Source: Asterionella formosa
Taxonomy: Eukaryota
Direction of reading: 5' to 3'
Assembly: GCA_002256025.1 (NCBI GenBank)
Contig: NKIB01013024.1
Span: forward strand, 1-64,000
DNA: 64,000 nt
Position numbers and translations under genes: made by a program. The stretch's first letter is position 1, and each line of letters starts with the position of its first letter. The notes beneath the pieces are model-generated. The model worked only from the letters and a program-made list of their open reading frames with translations, ran no database searches and was not told the origin of the DNA. Positions 1 through 12,815 of the stretch are shown one piece after another.

Positions 1-1
1 C

Positions 2-283
2 AATTATGTCATAGACGAAAATAAAGTTGATAAGGATATTTCTGGGTTACCTGGAAGTGATGAGGCAGATGACATCCAGGAGATTTTAGCTGAAATCACC
101 CCAGTCTACAATTCTCCACTTGGTTGGGGATATTTGCCAACGGTTGAGAAATTGGATGTAATGCCTGGTACTTCTGTCATTCGAGATGTTATTCTTGAAA
201 GAATTGCTAACATGGGTTTGCAAAGACCTCCAGGTAATATTGAAAGAAAAAGGTTGGAATTACATGAATTAAATTTAATGTAG
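2..283 (+). CDS. 3' end of probable Harbinger DDE transposase (partial)
   Basis: Open frame from base 2: NYVIDENKVDKD...VIRDVILERIANMGLQRPPGNIER...LM*. Resembles the (LH)NYVI..., R..I...I...GL.RP tail of Harbinger transposases. Confidence 0.55.
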   Translation, partial: NYVIDENKVDKDISGLPGSDEADDIQEILAEITPVYNSPLGWGYLPTVEKLDVMPGTSVIRDVILERIANMGLQRPPGNIERKRLELHELNLM

Positions 284-1815
284 ATTACAATTGATTGTTG
301 AAAAAAATATTCGTTTCAATGTGTCACCTTGAGACAAGAGATTGAAGACCTGATCACGCTTTCTTTTACACAATGCACAATCTAAACGAGCTTGGACAAT
401 GTCAGAACTTGAAGAGTCATAATCTTCATTTTCGAGTTCTTCCAGTTCCTCCCGCGCAACTCTTAGTCGGACCTTATACTTATCCAAGACATCCAGTAGA
501 TCATTTTCTCTGCGTGGTGCAGTTGTACACTCTAGCAGTCTGAGTTTTGCAACATTTGACTTCTCAAATGATTCCAATGCAATTGCAAGATTTTGAGAAG
601 ATGATGTAGGTTTTTGCGTCAAGATTGCATGTCTCCCCTTCTTTCTAACACTGAAATTGCTTGAAGATTTTGATTTTGATGACAATGTGGTGGCAGTATC
701 GTCAATGTCTATACTCTCACGGAAGGCATATTTTGGTAACAGTGGTACAGCAAAATTCAATAGATGTGGAACTTGACACAACCAAAGATGGTAGTAATAT
801 AGGAAATGACGTGACCCAACAAATTTGACAAAATCATCATGATTGCCTGATTGTTTGTTTTTCGAAGGCAACTTGATAATGATGATGAATGTATCCCATT
901 GCCAATGAAAAGTCTTTGGAAGTGAGGACATCATATTTTTTTGCGTAGTCAGCATCAATTCCAACTTGGTCCCAGTATCCATCTTTGGGAAATGCTAGAA
1001 TGATGCAGTCGTCATCCTCATCATCATTATATGTGACAACAAGTCGATCGAAAATGAACTTGTGTCGAAATCTTCTTGCATCAAGTTCAGCCAGAGTTGG
1101 TGGCTGACCTAGATGCAAAACATCACTGCGATGCTTGTTGCACATGTAGACATTAATGACACGGAAGTATGTGTTGATGCAGGTCACAGCATCTGGAGGG
1201 GTTGACTTTGCCTGTGCCTTATTCTTTTTCGCCTTTTTTACAGGAGGGTTCGCTTCCTCTTGTTCAAACTGAGGATCGACCAAAGACTCATGTGGCTGCA
1301 CTGCTGTTGCCTCTTGAACTTTGTCGTTCCTTTGATCATTATCATCTTTGCAATCTTCATCGACTTTGAATTCCTCATCATTAATTGATGAATCTTCGTG
1401 ATTATCATTATCACTATCCAATTCAATGTCTGATTCATTGACATTGAAAGATCTAGGGTATATCCTCTGTGACAAGCTTTCTCTCTTCAAAAGTCGAGCA
1501 ATCAAAGCAACAGCGAAAGCCTTCTTCGCATTTTTGTATCCAGAAACTTTGCATCTGACTCAAATTTTTCGGAGAACCTTGACCGAGATCTGCTTCATTG
1601 CAACACCTTTGATGAAAATCACCTTTGTCCTTTCACTATCAAGCAAAAAGTCATCAGGAAGTATGAGGGAGTCAACAATTTGATCGACTTCAGTATCTGT
1701 AGCAAGAGACTACATTGTATTGTTGAAGGTGGTGGGTCGATCTTGATATACAGTGGTCTCCACATCAACAGTTGTTGTTTGTGTTTGTGTGACTGGTTCC
1801 ACATGTGGTTCCATT
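275..1815 (-). pseudogene. Harbinger second ORF (putative DNA-binding accessory protein), disrupted
   Basis: ORFs 837..1505 and 275..982 join by a frameshift near 850, with in-frame stops further upstream. Acidic/basic tracts and a C-terminal coiled coil; convergent with the transposase tail. Confidence 0.5.
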
Positions 1816-2702
1816 TGCCTTGCTTGTAGTATCTTCAGGGAGATTCAAATGACTGATCTGTAGTAACAAATACACAAAAACACTTGGGAATTATAAGATC
1901 ACAAAGTATAACTTTCTGTCTGGTGCTGTATAATTGTATCAATGGTGTTGCTTGGACGATGTACGCAGCCAGCATAAAATTGAAGGAATAGTAAATGCCA
2001 TTAATATTATCGCTGGTGCCTTGCAGGCTTATTTTCGGTTATTTTATTAGTGACAACGGAAATGATACCCACGTGAAAACGTCAGTATCACTGATACCGT
2101 TTTTGGAGGGGGCAAAAAAAGGTGTATCAATGATACAAAATTGGTACCATCAAGTTACCGTTGCTGATACCGTGTTTTGATACCAACCGTCACTTTTTGC
2201 CCGCAACCCGGAAATGATACAGCAAATTCGGAATGATAAGAACGACCCTTAACTTTCTTTTTTTCCTACTTCTTAGTATGTAACCTGGTACCGGTAGGAG
2301 TACCAGGTACTGCGAGCACATGATGAATTTGTTTCGTCGTGTTGAGCGATCCGTACACCTTGATATTACGGACGAGGACGGACGCGATGGAGTTACTTAC
2401 AACAGCAGGCGAGCACCGGATGATACAAACCATGCAACAAGAATCGAAGGAGTCGAGGCTGAGAAATTAATAAAGCAACAACGCGACTATGAAGTTCTAG
2501 CTTTTAGAGTTGAATCGAACAACCAAGAGTGCAGCTAAGATGAGGGAAGGAGACAGCAACCACACAAGGTTAAACTAGTGAATTAGCGCAATGGTGAGGC
2601 ACACAATTATTTGAATAACAATTCAGAGAAGCAGTCTAAAGCATTGCCAAGCCTTTTGCAATGTTAAGTCTAAAATCAATAAACACCATCTCTAGCAACA
2701 AC

Positions 2703-4175
2703 ATGATTCTTGCAAACACCTGGAAGAACTGCTTTACGGATACTCTTGCTGCTCAAAATGCATGCCATGATCAGCCCTCTTGACCACAAAGTTTAGTTTT
2801 GCCACAATCTTAGTGTCCTCACAGGCAACAATTGGGGACAGTCAGCAATGGCCTATGTAGCCCTCCTCGGATTCGGATCCATTGTCCAATCAGCGGTTTT
2901 CGAAGCCAATCACGCTTTCGCATCTATCACGACCAACCTCCCCAACTACGACACCTTACATGATCATGCCACCACTCCCGAACATCTCAGCACTACCATG
3001 ATGACCACCGACATCAACCATCTTGTCCAAGTCCCGCCTTTCCTGTTCAACGTTCTCACCACCAGTTACACCGATGACCCAGCTGAACATTTTTCCTCGC
3101 TAGACTTGTAGCCAAAACATTCGCGGAAAACCAGGCGAATCTTAGCATCACCCAAACCGACGACGAAAAGGCAGCGATCCGCAAACAAGTGTATGCATCC
3201 GCATATTATCTTTTGCATTTCCTCTAAACCACGAAGATAATACCAAATCAAATATCCCTTCCCATATATTATGCGACGACGCATGAAATAATGAATTGGA
3301 GTGCCATGCTATGACATCGCATGCACATTACCTCGCCCAAGATTCGAAAGATGGACGGCGCACAGATCACACCCACAGAAAATGACATCAGCAACTCGCG
3401 TGCATGACGTAAGTATGGTTCAGGTAGCTAGCCGCAGCACTGGTAGTGAGCACCGCTTTGAACCTAGCTACAAAAACAGACAGGTTAGTGGAAGCCAGGT
3501 CTTCTAACAACCCATCTTCTTCTAGGGCCTGGGAAAAACAACCTAAATTCCTCCAAGACCAGATTCTTCGTTTAATGGCAGCTAATGATGACGACATCAT
3601 AACGGAGCCCATTCAATCCCTTGTTACATTTCTCTCGCTCCGCTCGAATACCTCTGCAGCACAGCTATTTATGGCAGAATATCTACAATCCATTCTAAAC
3701 TGTCAAGATCTATGTTTAGATCCATTTACAACTCTGTGCATTAGCCAATTTACAGTTTAATTACGACCTGACCGAAGGACCTTTGCGCATCAGTCTTTTC
3801 AAACTTCCATTGAAGTCAAATAACATGGTGTCTTCGGATATAGAGATCATTTCTAACGCCACCATTGATGCAGCAGGAGACAGCAACCGCAGCAATCAGG
3901 TCATGAAACATTTGAGTTACAAGAAACTGTTGATTGTTGTGACGACGGTTACAGATTTTGAAACAATCATTAAGAAGATGATCGTAATTGTTCTTTTTGT
4001 TCTAGGAAATTGCTTGACTTCTATTCAATTGTGTGCGTGGCTAACCCATATTGAGGCAAATTGCGCCACCTACAGGCATTGATCTGATCTCGACTTTTGC
4101 TTTTTCGTGCATCAACTTACAATCATGGACAACATGCATGATACAGGCTTTCTGGCGCAATTCGAGGATCAAGGG
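2703..4175 (+). pseudogene. DIRS-like retrotransposon ORF1 relic
   Basis: Broken frames MILANTWKNCF...AYVALLGFGS..., WEKQPKFLQDQILRLMA..., ISLFKLP...AWLTHIEANCATYR resemble the ORF preceding RT in diatom tyrosine-recombinase elements (recognition only). Confidence 0.4.
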
Positions 4176-4179
4176 GGTA

Positions 4180-5350
4180 CAACTGCAAATAAATACTACC
4201 ATGAATATAGGATCAAAGGTATCATACGCTAAGTGGCACAGGATTATTACATATATGATAGTTTTTCGATTAAAAAAATGATCAATGTATCATAATTATG
4301 GTCATGCAGTAAACTTTTACCAAGCTTGAAGCATGATGATACTATCATTGTTATAATACCATTACATCATAAAATTAGTTAAATATGGTCATATGATGTG
4401 TATGCTTTTGTCATACATCTATATTAGCATGATTGAAATTCTCATCGAAATCACTGTCTAAAATAGGATGAAATGGATCGAAATTTACAACTATTTTTAA
4501 AAATGTTTCTATGTTTCTAGACCTTGAGTGGCTACAGAATGTTCTACAATGTTCTCATCGCAATGATTGGTGCTTCAGATTTCACTTCCACCTTCCCCCA
4601 ATCGAATTCTGAAGGTTATTGTACTGGTTGCCTTGCCCTTGTTCCCCTGCCTTCCCTTTTCTCCTGACAGGCGTTCTGAGTTTGCATTCACGCATTTTCC
4701 CATTACTATTATATCTGTTTTGTTGTCTCAATCATACTAAAAAAGAGAAGCAGTTAATTGTTAGCTGTTCATGTTTTGCTTACACAACAACATGCATTTC
4801 GCTTCTATCTTCACTTACCACAAATTGAGAAAGTAAGTGATGCATATTTCTGTAAAAGAGGAATGTGTCAGTTAAAGATTGAATGAAAAGTATCGATCAA
4901 TAAATGGGCTCCAACACTGCTGTTTGTAGCTTACAAATACTGTTTGTCTACCATTATCCTGAAAGAAGCAACACACATGTGTCAGTTTTTCTAACAGTTG
5001 TGGATTGATCCAAAGACGGCTGATGGCACTTACCGATTTCTTTTGTCCACAGTGATGGTTGGCCAGCCACCAAATCGAAAAGGAGCTATTGAATCACTGA
5101 ACAGGGACAAGTCATTCCGTATTTGTAATCCCAACAATTGATCAGCCTGGCATTTGCTCTTGACATGCTGTGATACTATGGACAGCTTGTTGATTCCGCC
5201 CTTCTCCATCATTTTCACTCATTCTTAGCCGCATGGGCGGTGTATCATCGTGTTGTATTATCACTTCAGTTTTTCGCAGGATTTGTTGCTTGAGATCCTT
5301 CATTTCAGGAAGTTTACTTTGCATGACAACGAACATGAAATGTTCATACT
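4180..5350. repeat. Repeat X: AT-rich terminus plus minus-strand multi-intron gene relic (copies at 40336-41700 and 46453-47460)
   Basis: Colinear similarity, e.g. CATGCAGTAAACTTTTACCAAGCTTGAAG shared with the 40.4 kb copy and TTTGTCTACCATTATCCTGAAAGAAGCAACAC in all three. Starts with CTG(C/T)AAATAAA. Confidence 0.85.
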
Positions 5351-5367
5351 TTAGGACATTGGAGTAG

Positions 5368-5467
5368 GGCAAGGAGCCCATGTGGCTCTTAGAGTGTGGA
5401 GGAGAATTTTTTGTAACAGTAATAGTTGTGAGTCAGGCAAGGAGCCCATGTGGCTCTTAGAGTATGG
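5368..5467. repeat. 32-bp direct repeat, 2 copies
   Basis: GGCAAGGAGCCCATGTGGCTCTTAGAGT(G/A)TGG at 5368 and 5436. Confidence 0.9.
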
Positions 5468-5594
5468 TGAATAAATTGATTGAACAGGAAGAAGTAATGA
5501 GTGAGGATGGAACTGACAACATAAGTTGTCAAAACAGCTTTAAAGTAGGGCTTGAGAAACTTGAATATATGTGTGATGTGTTGTATGCATTGAA

Positions 5595-5906
<312 letters not shown>

Positions 5907-6774
5907 AAAAATAGATTGGAAGCAATGGAAGATAAAATTGATAAGAGATGAATGATCAGAGGAATGAAAGGCTGCTGGCAAAATGAATTGATAGCTAAAG
6001 AAACTCTGGAAGTTTGTTCACATCACAGCTTATTTGATTTGCTGGTAATAAACAGGGATGGAAGCATATTATTTCTGGATGGGAGGTCGTGATAGTGCTG
6101 GGATCCTCGACTTGTTCTGAGGTGTCATTGAGTAAAATCGGACAAGTGGTGGCTGACAGGCTTTGGCAATAAACAAATGAGCAATACTTGATGAAATGAT
6201 GAATCCAATGGTAGATTAGGAGTTGAGACAAGAGAAGAAGCTTGGATTGCCAATGCATTAGAGAGATCGGAGGAAAATGAAATTCCTACAGCCTTTGGTA
6301 CCCGATGGCAGAGAGTGTGGGCCGCAGCAATAGAAAACAGTTTCTTGGAATTTCTGGAGGGTCTTGGGGTCATCAAGGTGACAATGAGAGGACTAGAAGT
6401 GGCAGAGAGGGACAGGAAGCTAGTGGGAGTAAGAGTAAGCAGTTGTTTGACAAATGTGCTGTCAGAGGCGCGCAAAGTAGGCGAAAGTCGTTTCCTCAGG
6501 AGGGAACAGGTGGATTTGACTAATTTTTGCTTTGGAGTGACCAGCAGGTCTAACAGTGAAAGTTGAGCATGAAGAAGGGTGGAGGAGGGTTAAGCGAAGG
6601 GAGCGGCAGTGTCCAAAGAGGACATGGAGACTGAGGAGGGTGTCAGCAGCAGCACTACAGACTGCTGACGTAGGCTAAGTACTAAGAATAATAGAGGAAA
6701 GTCGGGATTGTAACCCGGAAAGTTTAATGTTGTGATGTTGAAACTATATAAGAAATAAATAATGTATATTCATT

Positions 6775-7295
6775 TGTCTCAATATATTTTTTTTCAATAT
6801 ATAATGTTTCTGTCTTGCCCTCTTCTTCCTCTATTCTGAATCATGTGTCAGGCAGTCCCTACTAATATTGCGTCTCTCTCCCTGCTGTTAGTAGTGTCAC
6901 TCTGAACTCGCAGACTATTCCGTTGTTTGATCGGTTTTATTGCCCTATGTAGTTACAGTAACAATGAGAAGGAATGACTTGTCAGCTAGTCATGTAACAC
7001 TGACACAACATCACGCATTTCCATCCTATCCTCTTGCTTGCTTCACTTACCACAAGCAAATCAAAACAACTGATGCATATGTCTGTATTTTTAAATTGTC
7101 AGTCAATTCTTGAATAAGTCAGTTTCAGGTATCCAATGTTGTCGAATAAAACTAACTAATTCATTTTCGTTAGCTTAACTTTGAAAGAAGGTAAACGTGG
7201 CGTGTCCATCAGTAGGGAATAGGTCCAATAACAAAAGCACTTACCAATTATGTTTTGTTTTACATTGGTGCTCCCTCACAAGCGAAATGAGCTAG
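6775..7295. repeat. Repeat B, diverged relative of the repeat X gene region (copies at 21440-21985 and partially 11155-11265)
   Basis: Shared ACAGTAACAATGAGAAGGAATGA, CTTCACTTACCACAA and TTTACATTGGTGCTCCC. Confidence 0.85.
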
Positions 7296-7309
7296 AGTTC
7301 TTCATATGT

Positions 7310-7695
7310 ACATCATATGATATTAAAATTTTATCATATATATATACAGAGTACCAGTAGAAGGTAGGAAGTGATAAACTGGGGGTAGTCAGAGTAGTAG
7401 CTAAGCAAGCAACAGAACACCATATGTTAAGGACTGTTGCTACTGCAGGAGTGGGACAGTAATTCATCATAGTTTCAGGATTGTATAATTGTAAAATTGA
7501 AAGCAAGATATGCTATTACTCAAGCTCGGTTCTGATTTTGTACATGATTATGTGAATAGCTCTGTTGGTCTTTTGGTATCATATCTAGGCAGCATAAAAT
7601 ATTATATGTAGTGGCTGATGATTCATTTTATTGTAGCAACACCTAATTTTAAGATCATTGAACTGAAGACAACATATCTAGTAGTACAATGTCTC
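7310..7695. repeat. Repeat C (copies at 19830-20265 and 12001-12400, the latter interrupted by a SINE)
   Basis: Shared AGCAACAGAACACCATAT in all three copies; AAGATATGCTATTACTCAA and TATCTAGTAGTACAATGTCT shared with the 20 kb copy. Confidence 0.85.
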
Positions 7696-7889
7696 CCACA
7701 TTTCCGCCGGTATTTTCATTCATCACTTTAACTTTTTCATCAAATGATCGAAAATCAATGAGTTCTTACTCATTATCAGCGATGTCAGGAGAACGATCAA
7801 AATATGACACTGGATGGAACTGTGACTCTGTAGAAATAGAGTCTTCATCCGCGAAGAACAACTGTTTGGGTTTATTCGGCTCTTCGGAA

Positions 7890-9030
7890 ACAATCTTTCT
7901 TTCTTTCTTTTCAATCTCTGCCACTATTGAAGAACCTTCGATTGATTTCATAAGTTTCTTCATCTTCTTTTCCGAAAACATAAAGTCGTGTAGTGTAAAC
8001 AATGGAAGTGAGTCACATTTCTTGTTTGACTGATCCTTTCCACGAAATCCATGAAATGCCATTTGGAAAGTTGTCAAAGGGCCAGAATACTATGATGTAA
8101 AACAGCGGAAAGGAAACGCGGAGCTTTTGGCGGCGCTTGTGGAGGTGCAACTGGTGTGATGGTAACCAAGTGTAGTAATTGTTGAACAGAGCACAGTGTA
8201 ATATGCATGCTCTGCCAGCATAGAGTTTACATAATACATATGCCGATATATTTAGCTATAACATGGAAAAAAGACACAACAATGAACATGATGGCTGGTT
8301 GTGGAGGATACCAGTATGTGATGGTATGCATCAATCCATATCACAAATCATATTATAGTGATGTATATATCAACGCATCCGTATACTTAGATCCTATACA
8401 CCGTATAATACTATCATATTAACTGTTGGCCTTTACTGTATACATTAAAAGTCGAATTTAAATATTAAGTACCATAATTATGATTTATTTATTTATTAAT
8501 TTTCTATGATGTATTGATAACACTTGTGTATATATTTTATCGTATTTTATTATCATTGTATTTTTTTTAACATAATCGTATTTTGATTAAAAATATATCA
8601 TAAACATTTCATTAAATCAACATAGTTCTATGATCAATGTATCATTGCTATGTGATAAACATCATTCAATATTATGTATCATATTTTGGTGAGTATGCCT
8701 CAAAGTAACCCTATCGTGATATCATACAATCATCTTATCAATCATTCAATGTTGATTGGGAACTGTATTCTGCATCGTACCACGGAGTATGATATTATAA
8801 CATGCACTTTAGTAGATAAGTCACTCCTGTAATGTACACAAGTCGACAGTGTACGTACACACCCGATAATCAGGGTTTGAGGCAATGGACAGTGGTTCCA
8901 AAGAGTGAATGAGCGACAATACCACGGGTTCCAATTTTTCCAGCGGCAAACCACTACAATGATGAAGGACATTTGTCCCTATATTGATGAGGATGACACG
9001 AAGACCGACTTTTCCAGGAGCAAACAACAA
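7890..9030 (-). repeat. Repeat D (inverted copy at 44410-45620)
   Basis: The peptide TTFQMAFH...GKDQSNKK..LPLFTLHDFMFSEKKMKKLMKSIE is in both 7766..8077(-) and 45184..45792(+). The flanking AT-rich DNA is also colinear. Confidence 0.85.
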
Positions 9031-9390
9031 TGAAGTGAGCCACTTGTCGCTCTATTGATAGTATAAAAATGCGGACAAGCTCAACAGTGAATACAAGAGC
9101 AACATACCAATGAAAACAAGTCGACAGTGTGTGTAGTACGCACAGCCAGCACGCTAAACAGGTTTGAGGCAACAGACAGTTCCAAAAAGCAATGACAATA
9201 GGAATATCAAAATTTTCCTGTGGCGAACCACAATGATAATGATGAAGGACATTCGTCCCTCTATTGTTGATGATATGGATACCAGGCGGGTTTTCCATGA
9301 GCAAACAACAATGAAGAGAGCCACTTGCTTTCACTCTCTTGATAGTATCAAAGAGGATGCGGTCAAGTTCAATAGTAAATACAAGAAGTA
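8839..9390. repeat. Degenerate tandem duplication (~280 bp, 2 copies)
   Basis: ACAAGTCGACAGTGT...GGTTTGAGGCAA...ATGATGAAGGACATT...GAGCAAACAACAATGAAG at ~8839 and ~9116. Confidence 0.85.
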
Positions 9391-10499
9391 CGGCATGCCA
9401 AATGCAGAAACAAGCGACATGAAAAAGAAAATTGTAATCAGAATCATTTTATAACTAATGCTATGTGGACTGTAGTCTGTTACATTTTCGTATCTCCTTC
9501 TATGCTGAATCTCAATAGTAGATGTAGTATCATGTGAGAATTTAAAATGTCAACGAGAACAAGTAGAATGTGTTTGTTTACGGGTTGATTGGCGAGATTG
9601 TAATGCTGGTGGTCAACGAAACGGATTTACTATTTGCGCTGTGTGCGGAACCCTGATTCCGAGTTCGAATGATTTCTTCTTTGTAAACTCTTAATTGAAT
9701 GATTATGAACATAGCTAGGCTCACTGCACATGAAGATTACTCAAAGATATAATGATCACTTGACCAACAATTGAAGACGTTATCCCAAACAATCATTCCA
9801 CTTGTTATCGCTAGTATTTCGTTGTTGTTGCAAAAATCGGATTGATGACAGATGGAGATGACCAGCCAAATTACATTACTTTAGCTGGTACATTATCCTA
9901 CCAAGCAAGAAATTCAAATACAGGACTCTAATAGAAACAATACATTTAATAATCAAATATACATAGTCAAAAGGGTTACTATTTAATTTACGAGGGCATT
10001 TATCAAGGCCATTCGCAATGTCACATCGAGGACCAACACGACGCAGTTCAAACACATCAAATTGACTAGGGCACAACCGGGTAGTCCCTGTAACACATTC
10101 AGTAACAAAGCATGTAACAGGCTATTGCGGTTCATTTTCAATAGTAGTGCACAAGATCGAGACGATGACAATTCCAGAACTTACCATTGTCAAGTTGGGA
10201 AAGATTCATTCATCCATTATCTAAAAATGTTTAACCACATCGCGCACTAAGTTTTTCGCATGTATATGAGATCAGAATATGGATTCAGCATATCGCTTGT
10301 ATCAGGACCGTGGCCTTACCACCATTCCCAATATCACCACTACCATCACCCATCACCTTACCTGGCACCTACTAAACACCTGCTACACCCAGCACACGGA
10401 TACCGCACCCCAACAATGAAGCTGTCTTGGGTAGGTCAAGTTATCATACCAGTGTTAGCGACTCCAAAAGTAAAGATCACGACACAATACTAGCTACAG

Positions 10500-11110
10500 C
10501 CGTTTGGGTACTACCATACAGCACAGAGGACACTCCATGGCAATTTGCACCAATAGTCCCATTCCTCACCAGCCCCACCATCAAACAACACACATCACGC
10601 CATTCTGTGGACAACAAGCTGCTCCGACACATCAAGTACATCCTAGATACCTCATCACCGCACATGAACACACCGACGTTTTGTTTCAAATGGAGTACAG
10701 AGGCGGCCACACACAACTGGGGGGCGATCCTAGTACAGTTCAACCTCAACATACCAAGGCAATTACAAGCCAGGCCAACTCCCCGTTCAGTATTGGTTCA
10801 GAATTCAGAGAATTACACCTACTGTTTCCTCTACTATCCTACCATCCGCTTTGGAAACATTTTGTCACTCTCATCACGACTGATGTGGTAGAGTTCCCCG
10901 CTTAAACCTCTACAGGATGAGCAGAGGCTACACAACTTGGAGCTCGCTGTCGCGCTAGAAAACTACACATGGGCGAAACTAAAACGTGAAATAGTTACAA
11001 AACTTCTAATCAAAGAAGTCGACAGAGGCTGGCAACTCCTGCCCCCGCCGGAAAAAATCCGCCTCCTAATAGCTCACGCTGTCATTGCACGGATTGGTCT
11101 ATTGACGCAA
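10500..11110 (+). pseudogene. DIRS-like retrotransposon, region N-terminal to the reverse transcriptase (relic)
   Basis: Frameshifted ...FCFKWSTEAATHN..SPFSIGSEFRELHLLFPLLSYHPLWKHF...FPLKPL...LIKEVDRGWQLLP, a pattern recognised from diatom DIRS-like pol ORFs. Confidence 0.6.
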
Positions 11111-11599
11111 GCCACGTGCGTCTGTGCGCCAGTTATGCGCCAACAGCGCTAGTGCATAGGTCCAACGACATGATAACTTACCAATTTTCTTTTGTTCTAC
11201 ATTGGTGCTCTCCAACAAGCGAAATTAGCTATTGAATCAACTGAGAAGAAAGGAATCGTTTAGTTTGTTACTCTTTGTTATTGTCGTCACAATGATTGCC
11301 ATCCACATACCACATTTATAGATTCATTAGTTTAAACAAACTCCATCCTTCGAAGGCGCAATGTGTCGAGTGAAGCCACAATCTTTTTCATTGTTGTGTA
11401 AACTTTCTTTTGTCAAATGTTACTATGACATTCCTTTTCACGAAGCAGGAATTGTTTGTTAGCATGTCAGAACAATTTCAATATATTTGCCATGTACATA
11501 GTCATAAAATTTGTAAATATATAAATATATCAAGTGTTGTACATTAATAAAAATCAAAGGCACTCTCAATATGGCACGTCTGCTATTACCCATGATCAT

Positions 11600-11800
11600 A
11601 TTTGCATATGCACAATTCGAAAATACGCATTCTCCATCTGCTTTGTTTCTGTAGTCCCTTGGGTTCCGGGTGGTGAGGCAGAGAATAAGTAGGTATAAAG
11701 CCCACTGGGGGGCCAAGTGCGACTTCACAAACTCCACAATTTTCAAGTTCTTTAACAATAGCGTACTATGAAATTTACTTAATAATTTTACATAATTCAA
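11600..11800 (+). mobile_element. Old, diverged copy of SINE family 1
   Basis: GCATTCTCCATCTG...TGTAGTCCCTTGGGTTCCGGGTGGTGAGGC matches the body of the 12043 and 53150 copies. Confidence 0.5.
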
Positions 11801-12042
11801 AAATATTCAATGCAGGATAAGTCCATTGTTTTCCATGACTTTGTGTACTGATACTGTTTCTGATATTTGTTTGTTTATATATTTTATACATTTACGCAAT
11901 TCAATTGGCAGCAGTCATTACCCATTGTATCATTATTTATACGCAATGCTTTGGTAACTTATTATTGGTGGGAGTGATGAAGCAATGTACCTGCTGTGTA
12001 AATCATATGATCATAACATTATCATATGTAAACGGAGTACCA

Positions 12043-12279
12043 GGGGAATGGCTTAGTGGTTAGCACACCCACTGTGGTGGCGGGTTTGATTCCTGCATTT
12101 TCCACCTGTCTTTTTCATGTAGTCCCTGGGGTTCTTCCAGGGGGTTCGACTAAAGAAAAGAAAGGTCGCATTGTACCATACGGACAAACAAAACCGGTAT
12201 TAATTGTTTCCACTGAAAATTTGCGCACGAGTCCGATTATTGGATAGCTTTAACGTACTACAAAATTTAAATTCAATTT
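12043..12279 (+). mobile_element. tRNA-derived SINE family 1
   Basis: Head GGGGAATGGCTTAGTGG (A box) ... GGTTTGATTCC (B box) ... ATTTTCCA, and an AT-rich tail. 18-bp TSD at 12025-12042 and 12280-12297 (15/18 identical). The empty site is visible at ~7335. Confidence 0.85.
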
Positions 12280-12399
12280 TATATATACAGAGTACCAGTG
12301 GCAGGTAGGTGGTGATTTACTGGTACTCGGAGTAGTAAGCGAGCAACAGAACACCATATCTTCAGGACTTTTGTTACTAAAACCGCGAAAAAAGTTAGT

Positions 12400-12560
12400 A
12401 CCTGCTCCCGCAAACGAATGAAAAAAGCATGAAGTGAAATAATGGACTTCTTTGTACTATTCAGTAGCATGAATCAAGAGCAAGGCCAATCCCACAAATG
12501 AGTGTTTTTCCAAATATTTATTTGTGTTTTTTCCTGAATGTATATTTATAAATATAACCT
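12400..12560 (-). pseudogene. Remnant first exon/intron of another LRR-gene copy
   Basis: AAAAAAGCATGAAGTGAAATAATGGACTT...TGTTTTTCCAAATATTTATTTGTGTTTT is a diverged match to 14230-14370. Confidence 0.65.
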
Positions 12561-12815
12561 TTTCAAAAATATGAGCATAAATGCAGGGTTTCCATTGATA
12601 TTAAAGTCTATGACTATAACCACCTGCACTTAAGGAAAGGCTGCGCTAAAAAGCTTGTATTACTTTCACATCACTAAAACTTCTTACAATTAACTATCCT
12701 AATATAGAATAATAGAGGTTTTTTTGTGTATTAATAAAGTCAATGAAGTGTCTCATTTACCTAAATATGAATCCTTAATCGACATTTTTATACATTGTTG
12801 TTTAAATTCTGTGCA

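Larger units (their letters stand above)
1..2249. mobile_element. PIF/Harbinger DNA transposon, right part (decayed; runs off the window to the left)
   Basis: Two convergent ORFs, many subterminal TGATAC/GTATCA motifs at 2060-2240, and a terminus ...AACGACCCT followed by TAA (2250-2252). This matches Harbinger (A)GGG TIR starts and TWA target sites. Confidence 0.6.

Noticed and set aside
5905..6680. Possible LINE ORF1/endonuclease relic on the minus strand
   Set aside because: The frames are Ser/Leu-rich and broken, with no ordered catalytic motifs; it cannot be assigned.
12043..12110. Functional tRNA gene
   Set aside because: The anticodon arm is truncated, the B box is mutated, and the head is attached to a conserved body with TSDs, so it is a SINE head.
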